Source: a virus
Lineage: Duplodnaviria; Caudoviricetes
IMG/VR virus record: IMGVR_UViG_3300030376_005538
Span: 1-46,305 of that record
Reading direction: 5' to 3' (one strand)
DNA: 46,305 bases
Below the pieces are notes generated by a model that ran no database searches, had not been told where the DNA came from, and saw nothing but the letters and a program-made list of their open reading frames with translations. This document shows positions 29,282-38,089 of this stretch, one piece after another; the first letter of the stretch is position 1, and each line of letters begins with the position of its first letter. Made by a program: the position numbers and the translations under genes.

Positions 29282-29330
29282 CTTGTGTGGGATACTTTTT
29301 TGCAAATATAGTAAATGTCGCGGTGCTCAG

Positions 29331-31436
29331 TTAATTCCTGTATCTTCGGAAGAATCTAGCTTCCTTAAAATCAGAGTGTTTGATTTTTGGTTTGGCTTTT
29401 TGAGCGGCGAGCAGGCATAGTCCAGAACTAATGGTGAGGTCAAACTTTGTTCGATTGTCGATCTTGTAACCAATCCAATCCTCTAAAGTCCTGTTAAAAT
29501 ACATCTTTCCCATTTCACCACTTTCGTGATTTGCTCCGACGTGATCGTGGACGTATGCCTCGATAGCGTGGGCATGGGCCTGAATCACATCCTGAGAGTT
29601 AGACGGGATACCCTTAGTCTTAACGTTTACCTTAGCTGATTTTGAGGTAAGATGTCTTGGTCTGTCCATTAGATACCCATCGTAACCCCTTGATTCAAAG
29701 TATCTTGCAATTCCATACTTGTTGTTTTCAATAAGTATTGGGTAACCATAAAACACAGCAGACTTCAAAACGTCTTCATAAAAGATTTTGGCCAAAGGCG
29801 GACGGGACGCATACTCAAGTACAAAAGTGTTCGATGGGTGCTCCATGTGAAACTTGTTGTACATGTGTAGCGCTCCTTTTGACCCCCGCCCATCGACGGT
29901 GGCATCAAGGTCATAGGAGTCAACCCCGCCTACCCCCAGCTCTGCATTTGGCGCAATTCGCTTTCCTCTCTCAAGCTTTTTTTGATTCCTAAGATCAAGA
30001 GGTGGCATCCATGAAATTCTAAATCTTCCTGCAGGGTCGGGGGTAAAGATTACCTCTGTATCTTTCTCGCCGCCCTTCCAAACAAAGTTTCCAGTAACAA
30101 CTGGATCTGGGTAGATCTCGTCGTTCCACTGTATTTGCTCGTAAATCTTACCCACATTAAAAAGACTTCCCTCAATACTATCTCTAAAAGCCTCGTCTGT
30201 GGTAAACGGAAACTGCCTGACAATCTCATTCATCTCAGAAGCGTCATGCTTCAAAGCCTCTCTTTCGTTTTTGAGGTATCTACGGGATCCCATTTCGATA
30301 TCCACTCCATCAACGCCCTCAACAGGCGACTCAGGATCCTCGTGTACGGCCCTACCGTGCTTGTCAAAAAATCCCTCCAGCGCCATGTCTGCAGGAATAA
30401 AGAGTCGGTAGAGTCCTGATCTAGTCCTCCCATTCTTGTTCCTCTCCTCTGGGTCTGAATCTCTCCAGAGATCCTTGTACTCTTTTCCACCCTTGTCCAT
30501 CGGATTGACGGTGCTTCCCACCATTGCTTTTCCGACGATTTTTCGCCCGACGATCAAACAAGTCCGTTGAATCCTCCAGGCGTCCCTTATGTCTGTAGGT
30601 CTTTCCCATTTACCAGCTTCGTCTAGATAGAGCAAATGTAGCTTTTCTCCATCATAGGCGTTGTTGGTAGTGTTCTTCCAATTTATGACCGTATTAAGAG
30701 CCTCGCCCGTCTGCGTAGTCTTATTGTTCTTCGTGATTCTCTTAGACGGCTCGCGAAAAGCCAGCTCCATGCGCGGATTGGTCGTTCCATCCTGAATAGG
30801 TTTGAAGAAGAAGGGATAGTGTCTGAACATGTACACCACCTTCTTCATGAATATATTCTCCTGGGCGTCCTTACCAGTCTTCGACTGTATCCCCAAGAGC
30901 TTGTCTTTGACTTGTGTGGCTTCGTCTAGAAGCACAGCAGAGCAGATGTTGGTATATCCGCTCCGCCTACATTTAGTATACAGCTGCCCGATACATCGGG
31001 GGTCCGCCTCACACGCAGACAAATGTACAAAAATTTCTCTTTGGAACTCTAAATAGTCTGGATACCCGATATCCATTCGGGTCCACTGAAGCATCATGTA
31101 ATGCCTGCCCGTAATATATGTAGGGACACCGTCATTATAGAACCAAAAGCCTTCACGCCTACGGCGAAACTCCTCCTCGATATACGGACGAAACTTTTCT
31201 CTGAAGGGGCGGGGCATCTCGGCCCACTCATCCATACTCTTAATCCGAAGCATTTCCTCGGGCATAGGAATCCTTTTCCACAGCTGCAGGTGGTTTGGCT
31301 TTCCATATCCTGCAATTTTCGTCTTGGGAGGCTGAGCGGGAAGTGCAATGTCCAGCCCACCGATTCGAACAACGTCTCCTTTCGTACCGTTGGGGCAAAT
31401 TCCGACAATGTCCTCAGCATCAGTAGACCTGGCCAT
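29331..31436 (-). CDS. terL: Terminase large subunit, 701 aa
   Basis: Walker A-like KCRRSGYT, Walker B LLYLDEAGKW, GST motif, nuclease GGVDSYD, LIENNK, FDLTISSG. Confidence 0.92.
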   Translation of the reverse strand: MARSTDAEDIVGICPNGTKGDVVRIGGLDIALPAQPPKTKIAGYGKPNHLQLWKRIPMPEEMLRIKSMDEWAEMPRPFREKFRPYIEEEFRRRREGFWFYNDGVPTYITGRHYMMLQWTRMDIGYPDYLEFQREIFVHLSACEADPRCIGQLYTKCRRSGYTNICSAVLLDEATQVKDKLLGIQSKTGKDAQENIFMKKVVYMFRHYPFFFKPIQDGTTNPRMELAFREPSKRITKNNKTTQTGEALNTVINWKNTTNNAYDGEKLHLLYLDEAGKWERPTDIRDAWRIQRTCLIVGRKIVGKAMVGSTVNPMDKGGKEYKDLWRDSDPEERNKNGRTRSGLYRLFIPADMALEGFFDKHGRAVHEDPESPVEGVDGVDIEMGSRRYLKNEREALKHDASEMNEIVRQFPFTTDEAFRDSIEGSLFNVGKIYEQIQWNDEIYPDPVVTGNFVWKGGEKDTEVIFTPDPAGRFRISWMPPLDLRNQKKLERGKRIAPNAELGVGGVDSYDLDATVDGRGSKGALHMYNKFHMEHPSNTFVLEYASRPPLAKIFYEDVLKSAVFYGYPILIENNKYGIARYFESRGYDGYLMDRPRHLTSKSAKVNVKTKGIPSNSQDVIQAHAHAIEAYVHDHVGANHESGEMGKMYFNRTLEDWIGYKIDNRTKFDLTISSGLCLLAAQKAKPKIKHSDFKEARFFRRYRN

Positions 31437-31605
31437 ACCTATTGCTTCTGAAGCTAGGGGCGCCTGACTTTGGATTTTTCAGCTCCATGTACTTGCCACA
31501 CGGACACTTGATGTCATGGTAAGCACCATCGTTGTTGAACTTGATGGACACTCCGCTTTTTGACTCTTCGTGCTTGTCTTCGCACTTGCAAATGTATTCA
31601 GCCAT
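31420..31605 (-). CDS. Small zinc-ribbon protein, 61 aa
   Basis: YICKC..H and KCPCGKYM; overlaps the terL start. Confidence 0.6.
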   Translation of the reverse strand: MAEYICKCEDKHEESKSGVSIKFNNDGAYHDIKCPCGKYMELKNPKSGAPSFRSNRYGQVY

Positions 31606-31619
31606 TGTATTAAATTTTG

Positions 31620-31693
31620 TACGCCTGACAGGATTCGAACCTGTGACCGTCTGCTTAGAAGGCAGATGCTCTATCCAGCTGAGCTACAGGCGC
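31620..31693 (-). tRNA. tRNA-Arg(TCT)
   Basis: GCGCCTG TA GCTC AGCTGGATA GAGC A TCTGC CTTCTAA GCAGA CGGTC ACAGG TTCGAAT CCTGT CAGGCGT A: canonical cloverleaf, CCA not encoded. Confidence 0.95.
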
Positions 31694-31698
31694 ATGCC

Positions 31699-31920
31699 TT
31701 AGCCCTTGCTGTTGCGCTTCTTTGGCCTGTTGTTGGCTCTGTTAATGCTTGCTTTCAAAAACCCTTTAATTTTTGACCCAGAGTGAGCGGCATCCTTGCC
31801 GTCTCGATTGCCATAGGTCTTTTTCTTTCTATTGTATTTGTTGAGGGCAGCGCGATACTTTTTGGCTGCACGGCTTTTACCGTACTTCTTATATTCTTTT
31901 TTGTAATCGCGCTTCTTCAC
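31699..31920 (-). CDS. Small basic HNH-like protein, 73 aa
   Basis: RDYKKEY..DGKDAAH..ASINRA resembles short phage HNH proteins; probably degenerate. Confidence 0.5.
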   Translation of the reverse strand: MKKRDYKKEYKKYGKSRAAKKYRAALNKYNRKKKTYGNRDGKDAAHSGSKIKGFLKASINRANNRPKKRNSKG

Positions 31921-31935
31921 AAAACAAATATACGA

Positions 31936-32067
31936 TTATCTGCCTTGACCTCTGTACTTCTTAGAGTAGTGCTTAGAGGACTTGTTGTTAGAGTGCTTAG
32001 TCTTGGAGTGTACATCAGCTCTCTTTATGCGCTTCTTCTGAATGTAGGTTGATGCTTGTTTTTTCAT
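31936..32067 (-). CDS. Small basic protein, 43 aa (not in ORF track)
   Basis: MKKQASTYIQKKRIKRADVHSKTKHSNNKSSKHYSKKYRGQGR. Confidence 0.6.
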   Translation of the reverse strand: MKKQASTYIQKKRIKRADVHSKTKHSNNKSSKHYSKKYRGQGR

Positions 32068-32080
32068 TTGATTTAATTTG

Positions 32081-32157
32081 TCCGCGAGGTGGGACTTGAA
32101 CCCACATGTGACCAGTTACCCTTTCTACAAGGTATAAGCTTGAGGGGATACTCGCGG
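32081..32157 (-). tRNA. Non-canonical tRNA-like gene, anticodon TAT (Ile), no normal D-arm
   Basis: Acceptor CCGCGAG/CTCGCGG-A, T-arm GTGGG-TTCAAGT-CCCAC, anticodon arm CAAG-CTTATAC-CTTG; only TATCCCCT where the D-arm should be. Confidence 0.7.
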
Positions 32158-32239
32158 TTAGTCCTCAAACTCATCATTCCAGGAGTCCTCCCAAAACTTA
32201 AAGTCTGTTCTGCTGTACTGCCATACTATTTTTTTCCAA

Positions 32240-32530
32240 TCACTTAGAGAATCTTTCAGCGAAACCTCCGCTGTAGTCTTTTGCTTCTTCGATTGATCCA
32301 TTAGTACTAATATCTTTGATCATTTGCTCCAATCGCTGTCTCTCAACGATTAGCTCTTTACAGTCCGTGGCTGTTTGTTTAATTGACTGAAGCTCTGCTT
32401 TTCTGGCAGCACCTCCAGCTTCTGGATCAACTGGCTTTTTAACCTCGTCGATCATGTTGTTGATGGCTACCTCCATAGACGCCATTAGGCGCGTGGCGGC
32501 CTCAACCGTTGTGAACTTCTTCTTCGACAT
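32240..32530 (-). CDS. Helical protein, candidate terminase small subunit, ~96 aa
   Basis: Coiled-coil, ends in GFAERFSK, upstream of terL; function inferred from position only. Confidence 0.4.
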   Translation of the reverse strand: MSKKKFTTVEAATRLMASMEVAINNMIDEVKKPVDPEAGGAARKAELQSIKQTATDCKELIVERQRLEQMIKDISTNGSIEEAKDYSGGFAERFSK

Positions 32531-33107
32531 AGTAGATATCAGTGTAATCAACCCTGTAGTACTCTACATCGTCGATTTTGAATCGGTAATCCATGTTCTT
32601 TTTGAAACCCACGACGTCACCAACCTCAAGGCCAAGTTCTTTAGTCTTCTCAGACTCAAATGATACTACCCCCCTTGTGACGGGGTCCTCCTTGAGCCTA
32701 ACAACTTCGATGACCTCCGACTCGGGCTCCTGCTCTTCCTCGACGGGTGAAAGCACGACCCATCCTCCAAGAGGATGCACCTCGCCAGTATCTTTTGATT
32801 TGTAGGCAATGGCTTGATTGTTTATCACCGAAATGCTTGGATCACAATACCTTACGAGGTAGTGATCTTCGTGCCCAGTTAGCACTTGACCCTCATTAAG
32901 CACAACTAAGTGATGGAAGAACAAAGTATCTCCTGGCTGTGCGCCAGTGTCATACTTAAAAGGAACAGCAACCAAAGGGCCAGCATTAACGCGATGCTTA
33001 AACTCGTTGAAGCGGTTGTCCACATATAGCTCCAGGCCCGACGAAGTTTTAATAGTGTCATTGATTTGTTTTTCAAGTTCAACGACGAAGAGATCAAATG
33101 TCTTCAT
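32502..33107 (-). CDS. GroES-like co-chaperonin with two tandem domains, ~201 aa
   Basis: Domain 1 FVVE..KTSSGLEL..VAVP..PGDTLFFH; domain 2 HPLGGWVVL..RGVV..LEVGDVVGF..FKIDDVEYYRV..DI. Confidence 0.7.
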   Translation of the reverse strand: MKTFDLFVVELEKQINDTIKTSSGLELYVDNRFNEFKHRVNAGPLVAVPFKYDTGAQPGDTLFFHHLVVLNEGQVLTGHEDHYLVRYCDPSISVINNQAIAYKSKDTGEVHPLGGWVVLSPVEEEQEPESEVIEVVRLKEDPVTRGVVSFESEKTKELGLEVGDVVGFKKNMDYRFKIDDVEYYRVDYTDIYYVEEEVHNG

Positions 33108-33111
33108 TGAA

Positions 33112-33351
33112 TTAGAAATTGAGATCGAACTCAAGCAAACATGGCATGTCGTCTACGACCTTCCACAATACTTGGGACTCGTCTTCCTCTTGCAAATATA
33201 CAAGATATCTCTTCTTTCCGTGCACATGTAAGTGCTTTTCATCCATTACTATAGCGCTGACTTTGCCTCTTCCAGCGTTCATTCCGACGTAATACGCCAT
33301 GGCATCCTTCGGGTCTCGCCCGATGATAATTTTTCTAATAAGTCCTTCCAT
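33112..33351 (-). CDS. Conserved hypothetical phage protein, 79 aa
   Basis: LIRKIIIGRDPKDAMAYYVG..VLWK..MP..EFD; tightly packed operon. Confidence 0.65.
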   Translation of the reverse strand: MEGLIRKIIIGRDPKDAMAYYVGMNAGRGKVSAIVMDEKHLHVHGKKRYLVYLQEEDESQVLWKVVDDMPCLLEFDLNF

Positions 33352-33352
33352 T

Positions 33353-33658
33353 TTAATTTAGTGATATACCCAACCCATTCAAAAGGTCATCTAAGTCTGG
33401 ACCGTTATCAGGCGGGGTGTAAGAGTCTCTCATAAATTCAGTGATGATTTCAAGCTCATCCATAGTCTGCATATTGTAGTTGAAGAAAGCCTTCATATTG
33501 CTTTGATCTTCAGTCAATGGCTCAAGAAGACCAACTACAACGGCAGAAATGATACGATCCTCCATGCCATACTTGTGTACAAGCTCTTGAATTGCTCCAG
33601 AAATCTCCTGTATTTCGTACCAGAAGCCTTCTTCTTCCATATCTTCATAGTTCCCCAT
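33353..33658 (-). CDS. Acidic hypothetical protein, 101 aa
   Basis: Clean ORF abutting the next gene. Confidence 0.6.
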   Translation of the reverse strand: MGNYEDMEEEGFWYEIQEISGAIQELVHKYGMEDRIISAVVVGLLEPLTEDQSNMKAFFNYNMQTMDELEIITEFMRDSYTPPDNGPDLDDLLNGLGISLN

Positions 33659-33667
33659 ACCTCAATT

Positions 33668-34120
33668 ATGCCTAAAAGTTCCGTGTCAAAAAAGAAGCTC
33701 TTCCGAGACTTCTCTAAACTGAATCAAAGGTACGTCAAAAAGAACTACCTAAAGAGGATTAGATCCGTTACCAGTGACTTTTGCAGAAGGTACGACATCT
33801 TCGAAAAAGAGCTGCAATTCATGCTCTGGGCCTACGATCTAGAGTTCTGGACACTAGATTACGCAGCACAGGATTACGAATACAATAAAAAGAAGCTAGG
33901 CGAAAGACTTGTGTATGAGTTAGTTAAAAACAGTTACGTCTACAAACACTTTGACAAACTGACACCTTCAAACACATACGAGGATCATCTATTCAGAGAT
34001 GAAACGAAGTACAACTACAGGGTTAGGTACGCACTCACCCAAAAAGCAAGGCTTCTCGTCCAGACATATTACCGCTGTCTAGAAGACGCTGATACTTCGT
34101 CGGGTGTACCGCGATCCTAA
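33668..34120 (+). CDS. Putative winged-helix DNA-binding protein, 150 aa
   Basis: Start MPKSSVSKKK; ELQFMLWAY..LVKNSYVY..YALTQKARLLV resembles a MarR-type wHTH; opposite strand to its neighbours. Confidence 0.55.
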   Translation: MPKSSVSKKKLFRDFSKLNQRYVKKNYLKRIRSVTSDFCRRYDIFEKELQFMLWAYDLEFWTLDYAAQDYEYNKKKLGERLVYELVKNSYVYKHFDKLTPSNTYEDHLFRDETKYNYRVRYALTQKARLLVQTYYRCLEDADTSSGVPRS

Positions 34121-34619
34121 AGCGATCCATGTACTCAAACTTCTGACGATCGAACCTGTATTTTAATCCAATGTGCTCCACAATCTCTTCGATCCGATGG
34201 TCAATTTCATCATAGTCCACCTCTAGCACATTTGTAAAAAGAGAGCGAACACCTTCAAGCTCAATAAGAGCCTGAGAAATTATCTCTCCATACTGAAATG
34301 GGAAGGCATCACCCACGCCCGCTGGAAACTCGTTTTTAAGTGACTCAATCACATCCAGCGGATCTCTGTTTATGATGACTACAGGGCGATCTCCGTACAC
34401 GTTATAGAAGTCTTTTGCCCAAAGCGGGAAGCTTGAATCAACGCCGCCGATTGCACCTAGTATTCCAGGCCACAAGTCTGCGGGCACAGTGCCGTTCATG
34501 ATTCTAATTCCAGGTTCATGCTCACAGCACGACATGGTGCTTAAGTAGTGAGCCAACCAAGCCCCGCGAGTGCGAGGCAAACCAGTCACAAAAAATGACT
34601 GTCGTTCATTATTTTCCAT
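34035..34619 (-). CDS. Sulfotransferase-like P-loop protein, 194 aa
   Basis: FFVTGLPRTRGAWL, HEP, VVIINRDPLDVIES, LEVDYDEI. Confidence 0.65.
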   Translation of the reverse strand: MENNERQSFFVTGLPRTRGAWLAHYLSTMSCCEHEPGIRIMNGTVPADLWPGILGAIGGVDSSFPLWAKDFYNVYGDRPVVIINRDPLDVIESLKNEFPAGVGDAFPFQYGEIISQALIELEGVRSLFTNVLEVDYDEIDHRIEEIVEHIGLKYRFDRQKFEYMDRFRIAVHPTKYQRLLDSGNMSGREALLFG

Positions 34620-34631
34620 TCAAGTTAATTG

Positions 34632-35357
34632 TCAATCCTTGAGGCTCTTGTACATGTTTCCCTTGCCTGTAATTATATTGACAGGAAGAGCCTCATTATA
34701 GATCACAATATCTAAAATTTCACCATTCAATCCAAGCGTTCCGTCGCTTTTTCCCAAAACGTGATCAATGGGGAACGTTGAGGAGATGCCATTGACGTTT
34801 ACCGCAGCAGCGTCTGCAATCTTGTCTCCGTCTATGTTGTAGATGTCAGCCGCGGCGGGGAATGACGTCGCATCCACCACGATAGCAATCATTTCTACAT
34901 CTGATCCAAACGTGTAAGAAGTGGTGCTGTTGGCAGTTGAGTTTATAGGGTAATCTCTCTCTCCAGCGGCAGCCTTGCTACCGTCGGCCTTGAATATAAC
35001 ATCTGCACCCCCAGCCTTAATTCCCCAGTGAGCATCGTTTGACGTTCCGCTGATCAGCCAAGTGTCATTGGTATAGTCACCATTGGTCCACGCACAAATC
35101 ATTGTGTATCCTGTGGAGATCGGACTTATGGATTCTGTTGAGGCAAGACTCATGACATTTCCTCCATCGCAGCTTGTACTACTTACTATTGGCAAAACAG
35201 AGGAGTGAGCGTTGCCTATTGACTTCGCTGTGGGCTTTTTTGATGAAGTGGCTTGGGTAAAGTTGTTTGCGTTGGATCCCTTGCTTGCCTTTGATGCCAC
35301 TGCTGTTCCGTTTGCAGTGTTTGAAGCTTTGAATCCCAGTTTTATTCTTCTTGCCAT
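34632..35357 (-). CDS. Virion protein with a LamG/ConA-like fold, 241 aa
   Basis: YTMICAW and LG..LNGEILDIVIYNEAL pattern. Confidence 0.5.
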   Translation of the reverse strand: MARRIKLGFKASNTANGTAVASKASKGSNANNFTQATSSKKPTAKSIGNAHSSVLPIVSSTSCDGGNVMSLASTESISPISTGYTMICAWTNGDYTNDTWLISGTSNDAHWGIKAGGADVIFKADGSKAAAGERDYPINSTANSTTSYTFGSDVEMIAIVVDATSFPAAADIYNIDGDKIADAAAVNVNGISSTFPIDHVLGKSDGTLGLNGEILDIVIYNEALPVNIITGKGNMYKSLKD

Positions 35358-35359
35358 GA

Positions 35360-35905
35360 TTATGATGGTTTGTCGATTGCAGTGTCAGCGCTTACCGTTT
35401 GAGCCGAAGTATATCCAGAACTAGTGACAGTAAGCGTGAATCTGTAATTGCTTGAGGCGGCGGTTCCCGTTATATCATCACCTCCGAAAGTACTCAAATC
35501 AATGAGCGCTGAACCTTCTTCTTGAAAATTAACTGTGGAAATTCCTGATGGGGTGTTTACGGCGCTGAGATAGATTACCCCAGGGCTGTGGCCAGAAGTG
35601 CTAACAGCCCTATATGCGTAAACCGCACCAGAAGACGTCCCTCCAGTTCCTGATATTGGACTGTTAGATCCATCAAGCCTGCTCACCTCTAACGTGTAAG
35701 TTCCCCCCTGCTGATCACCAGCGCTGTTGTTGGCCCCGTCATAACCTAGAACGTCGTCTAGAGTTTGATCGGAAAAGGATGCAGCAAAAATAACGTTTTC
35801 GTCATCAGGGGCTTCATCGACAATTAAAAGAGTAAAAGCCGACAGGGTGATTATTGATTCGTCGAGAGCGGGGGCAGTGGTTAGTGTGTTTCCTAGTCCT
35901 AGCAT
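35360..35905 (-). CDS. Putative fibre/structural protein, 181 aa
   Basis: MLGLGNTL N-terminus, common in virion fibre proteins; S/T/G-rich. Confidence 0.5.
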   Translation of the reverse strand: MLGLGNTLTTAPALDESIITLSAFTLLIVDEAPDDENVIFAASFSDQTLDDVLGYDGANNSAGDQQGGTYTLEVSRLDGSNSPISGTGGTSSGAVYAYRAVSTSGHSPGVIYLSAVNTPSGISTVNFQEEGSALIDLSTFGGDDITGTAASSNYRFTLTVTSSGYTSAQTVSADTAIDKPS

Positions 35906-35906
35906 A

Positions 35907-36386
35907 TCAGAGAGTATTAAACATTACTTCGTAGTAAACTTTTCCCTCATCGTCACGACAAGCTTTGAGGCAGCGACCACGATTAACGCCATCATGCACA
36001 TAACTGACGTGAACCCAATCAGGATCGTCTGAATCGCCAAATTCCCACACCATTTGATCAAACGTAACGTTTTCTCGTATCCACTCGAAGATTTGAGAGT
36101 TTGTACAGCGTCCAAATACGTCTGCGTCAAGGTCGAGTGCTCTTCCTTCCATGTGTTGACTACGAAGCGAACCCCCGATAGCACGGTTGAGCTCAGGGCC
36201 ACGATAGCCTGACGACACGTATATAGGGCACCCGAAAGCCTCCCTAAGAGGTTGAAATACATGTTCTGCAATCGCCTTGAGATTTTGAATGACCCATTCA
36301 TCGTCTGGAGTGTTATTGATTCCCAACCTTAAAGCGGTAGTGCTTTTTGTGCACTCCTTAAGTGTCAGGTTCTTAGATAGTTGCAT
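35907..36386 (-). CDS. Endolysin, peptidase M15A-like, ~159 aa
   Basis: LSKNLTLKE, SSGYR..LNRAIGG..SQHMEGRALD, FDQ..WEF, WVHVSY (H/D/H zinc ligands). Confidence 0.85.
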   Translation of the reverse strand: MQLSKNLTLKECTKSTTALRLGINNTPDDEWVIQNLKAIAEHVFQPLREAFGCPIYVSSGYRGPELNRAIGGSLRSQHMEGRALDLDADVFGRCTNSQIFEWIRENVTFDQMVWEFGDSDDPDWVHVSYVHDGVNRGRCLKACRDDEGKVYYEVMFNTL

Positions 36387-36416
36387 GTTCATTAACGAAT
36401 TTTTACGATCAAAAGC

Positions 36417-36446
36417 TTGCACGGAATTGATTTTTATCCGTACAAT
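36417..36446 (+). promoter_or_regulatory. Candidate -35/-10 promoter
   Basis: TTGCAC-N18-TACAAT upstream of the plus-strand ORF at 36506. Confidence 0.35.
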
Positions 36447-36505
36447 GAGATCAGCAAGCAGCTCAAATTTACGAAATTCAGTTTAATCCCTTAATACCTT
36501 ACACA

Positions 36506-36676
36506 ATGAAATTTACCATTGCATCAGCCGCCCTTATCGCCGTCGGACTTCTTTTCATGGACACTCCAGAGCGCAAAGTCAATCGTTGCACCGATCGAAT
36601 GAACCGAGCTCAAATCCAAGAAGCCATCATTACGATCAACCACTTGAATTCTCCAATGCCGTGGGAACGGGATTGA
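36506..36676 (+). CDS. Small membrane/exported protein, 56 aa (not in ORF track)
   Basis: MKFTIASAALIAVGLLFMDTPERKVNRCTDRMNRAQIQEAIITINHLNSPMPWERD; N-terminal hydrophobic helix; followed by a terminator. Confidence 0.55.
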   Translation: MKFTIASAALIAVGLLFMDTPERKVNRCTDRMNRAQIQEAIITINHLNSPMPWERD

Positions 36677-36694
36677 TAGGATGTATATAGAATG

Positions 36695-36719
36695 AAAAAG
36701 GGGCTCGCGCCCCTTTTTT
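36695..36719. terminator. Bidirectional intrinsic terminator
   Basis: AAAAA-GGGGC-TCGC-GCCCC-TTTTTT between convergent genes. Confidence 0.85.
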
Positions 36720-36723
36720 GTTT

Positions 36724-38088
36724 TCAGTATTTTCCTCCGAACCTGTACGTTCGGCCTCCCAAGCTCATCATCTTGTCAATTTTATCCAACATAAACTTAG
36801 GTATTTTCCCTCCGCCTCTGTAGGATGTCTTGTCAATTTTATCCAACATAAACTTGGGTATCTTCCCTCCGCCTCTGTAGGCTCTACCGCCCATACCTCT
36901 TTGCGCCTCCATCTGCTGCATCATCTTAGCCAACTCGATCGCCCTAGCTTTTTCTTCTGGGTTGATCACGGTACCACCCCCTGGCTGAATAACGCTTGGA
37001 TCTGGTTCTTGGTAGCGCCCACCTCCCAGAACGTTGAAAGTATTGTCTTGAATAGTGGGTCTTACGCCGAGGTCGATGCCTGACGGACCTGGACCACCTG
37101 TTGGTGTTGGGTCTTTGAGGGGTCTCATGCCTCCCTGAAGGCTGGGCTGAGGTCTATTCATGGGGATTTGACTTGGCCCTATTCCTGGAATAGATGCCAT
37201 GGGATCACCTGGGCCAGACTGCATTGGTGGGTCTGGGATAATTGTCTCTGGAACTTCAGTCTCTGGAGACACATCTCTTCTGTCACCTCTTCCCAGCTGA
37301 GCATACCACGTCAGATCGTCGGTGTTATCCCCCTTAATAGAGCCATCATTCTTGATTCTTCTTTTGTTTGTCTGAAGAAACTCAGCACCAGTCGGTACAT
37401 CAAAGACCTTGAAGTTGAACTTACCAGCGTCGTCGACGGTCCCGAGGTCTTTTGTGTCTGCAGAGATCATGGCTCCAAGGGGGATCTTGCCCTCAACAAC
37501 ACCAGTTGCGAAGATATCACCAGCTTCTCCGTCGTACCCTCTGTCAAGCATCGCATTATCCATCACGCCGACATCAAACTTACCGCTATTTATTCTAGAG
37601 TAAAGGTTAGCAGTCTCTGTTGCCACGGGAAGATCAGCTTGTCTAGCCAATCTAGTAAGTCTGTTAGTCTGAGTTTCGGAGTGATTTGGGTCCGCAGCTT
37701 GAGACAACTGATATACGGTTGCATTCTCAAGTCCTCCAGGAATGTTCTCTTTGGCCCATGCCACCTTTTTAGGATCGCTTTCGATCTGAGACAGAAGGCC
37801 GCCTCTTAAAGGAGAGAGGTTTTCCTCGATTTTAGCCTGAGCAGTAGAGAAGGGGCCTCCTTCTCCGTTGACACCACCTTCATCATAAATCTTTCCGCCC
37901 ATTCCGTAGTCCTTCATAGCCCTCATGCCCATTTGAGCGTACATATCCTTATCCTGGGGCCCCATTGCCTTCATGCCCACAGCGGCATACTTGTCAACTT
38001 CAGCTGGGGTCACCCCGAGCATTTTGGCTACGGCCTCTTTTCCCTGAGATGTCTGACTGAGAGCCCTTTGTCCTTTGTTCAGTTTCAT
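36724..38088 (-). CDS. Probable internal virion protein with many xxxGG motifs, 454 aa
   Basis: YGMGG, YDEGG, YRGGG x2, MSLGG, YRFGG; Pro/Gly-rich linker. Confidence 0.65.
   Translation of the reverse strand: MKLNKGQRALSQTSQGKEAVAKMLGVTPAEVDKYAAVGMKAMGPQDKDMYAQMGMRAMKDYGMGGKIYDEGGVNGEGGPFSTAQAKIEENLSPLRGGLLSQIESDPKKVAWAKENIPGGLENATVYQLSQAADPNHSETQTNRLTRLARQADLPVATETANLYSRINSGKFDVGVMDNAMLDRGYDGEAGDIFATGVVEGKIPLGAMISADTKDLGTVDDAGKFNFKVFDVPTGAEFLQTNKRRIKNDGSIKGDNTDDLTWYAQLGRGDRRDVSPETEVPETIIPDPPMQSGPGDPMASIPGIGPSQIPMNRPQPSLQGGMRPLKDPTPTGGPGPSGIDLGVRPTIQDNTFNVLGGGRYQEPDPSVIQPGGGTVINPEEKARAIELAKMMQQMEAQRGMGGRAYRGGGKIPKFMLDKIDKTSYRGGGKIPKFMLDKIDKMMSLGGRTYRFGGKY
36771..36881. repeat. Two-copy tandem repeat, 57-nt period
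   Basis: 36771-36824 and 36828-36881 differ at 2 positions; encode YRGGGKIPKFMLDKIDK twice. Confidence 0.9.
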
Positions 38089-38089
38089 G

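Noticed and set aside
29331-31436. Intein or intron in terL or other core genes
   Set aside because: Lengths are ordinary and no splicing or homing-endonuclease motifs were seen.
33193-33200. Additional TATATTTG element
   Set aside because: Lies inside a coding sequence; may be real but cannot be separated from chance.
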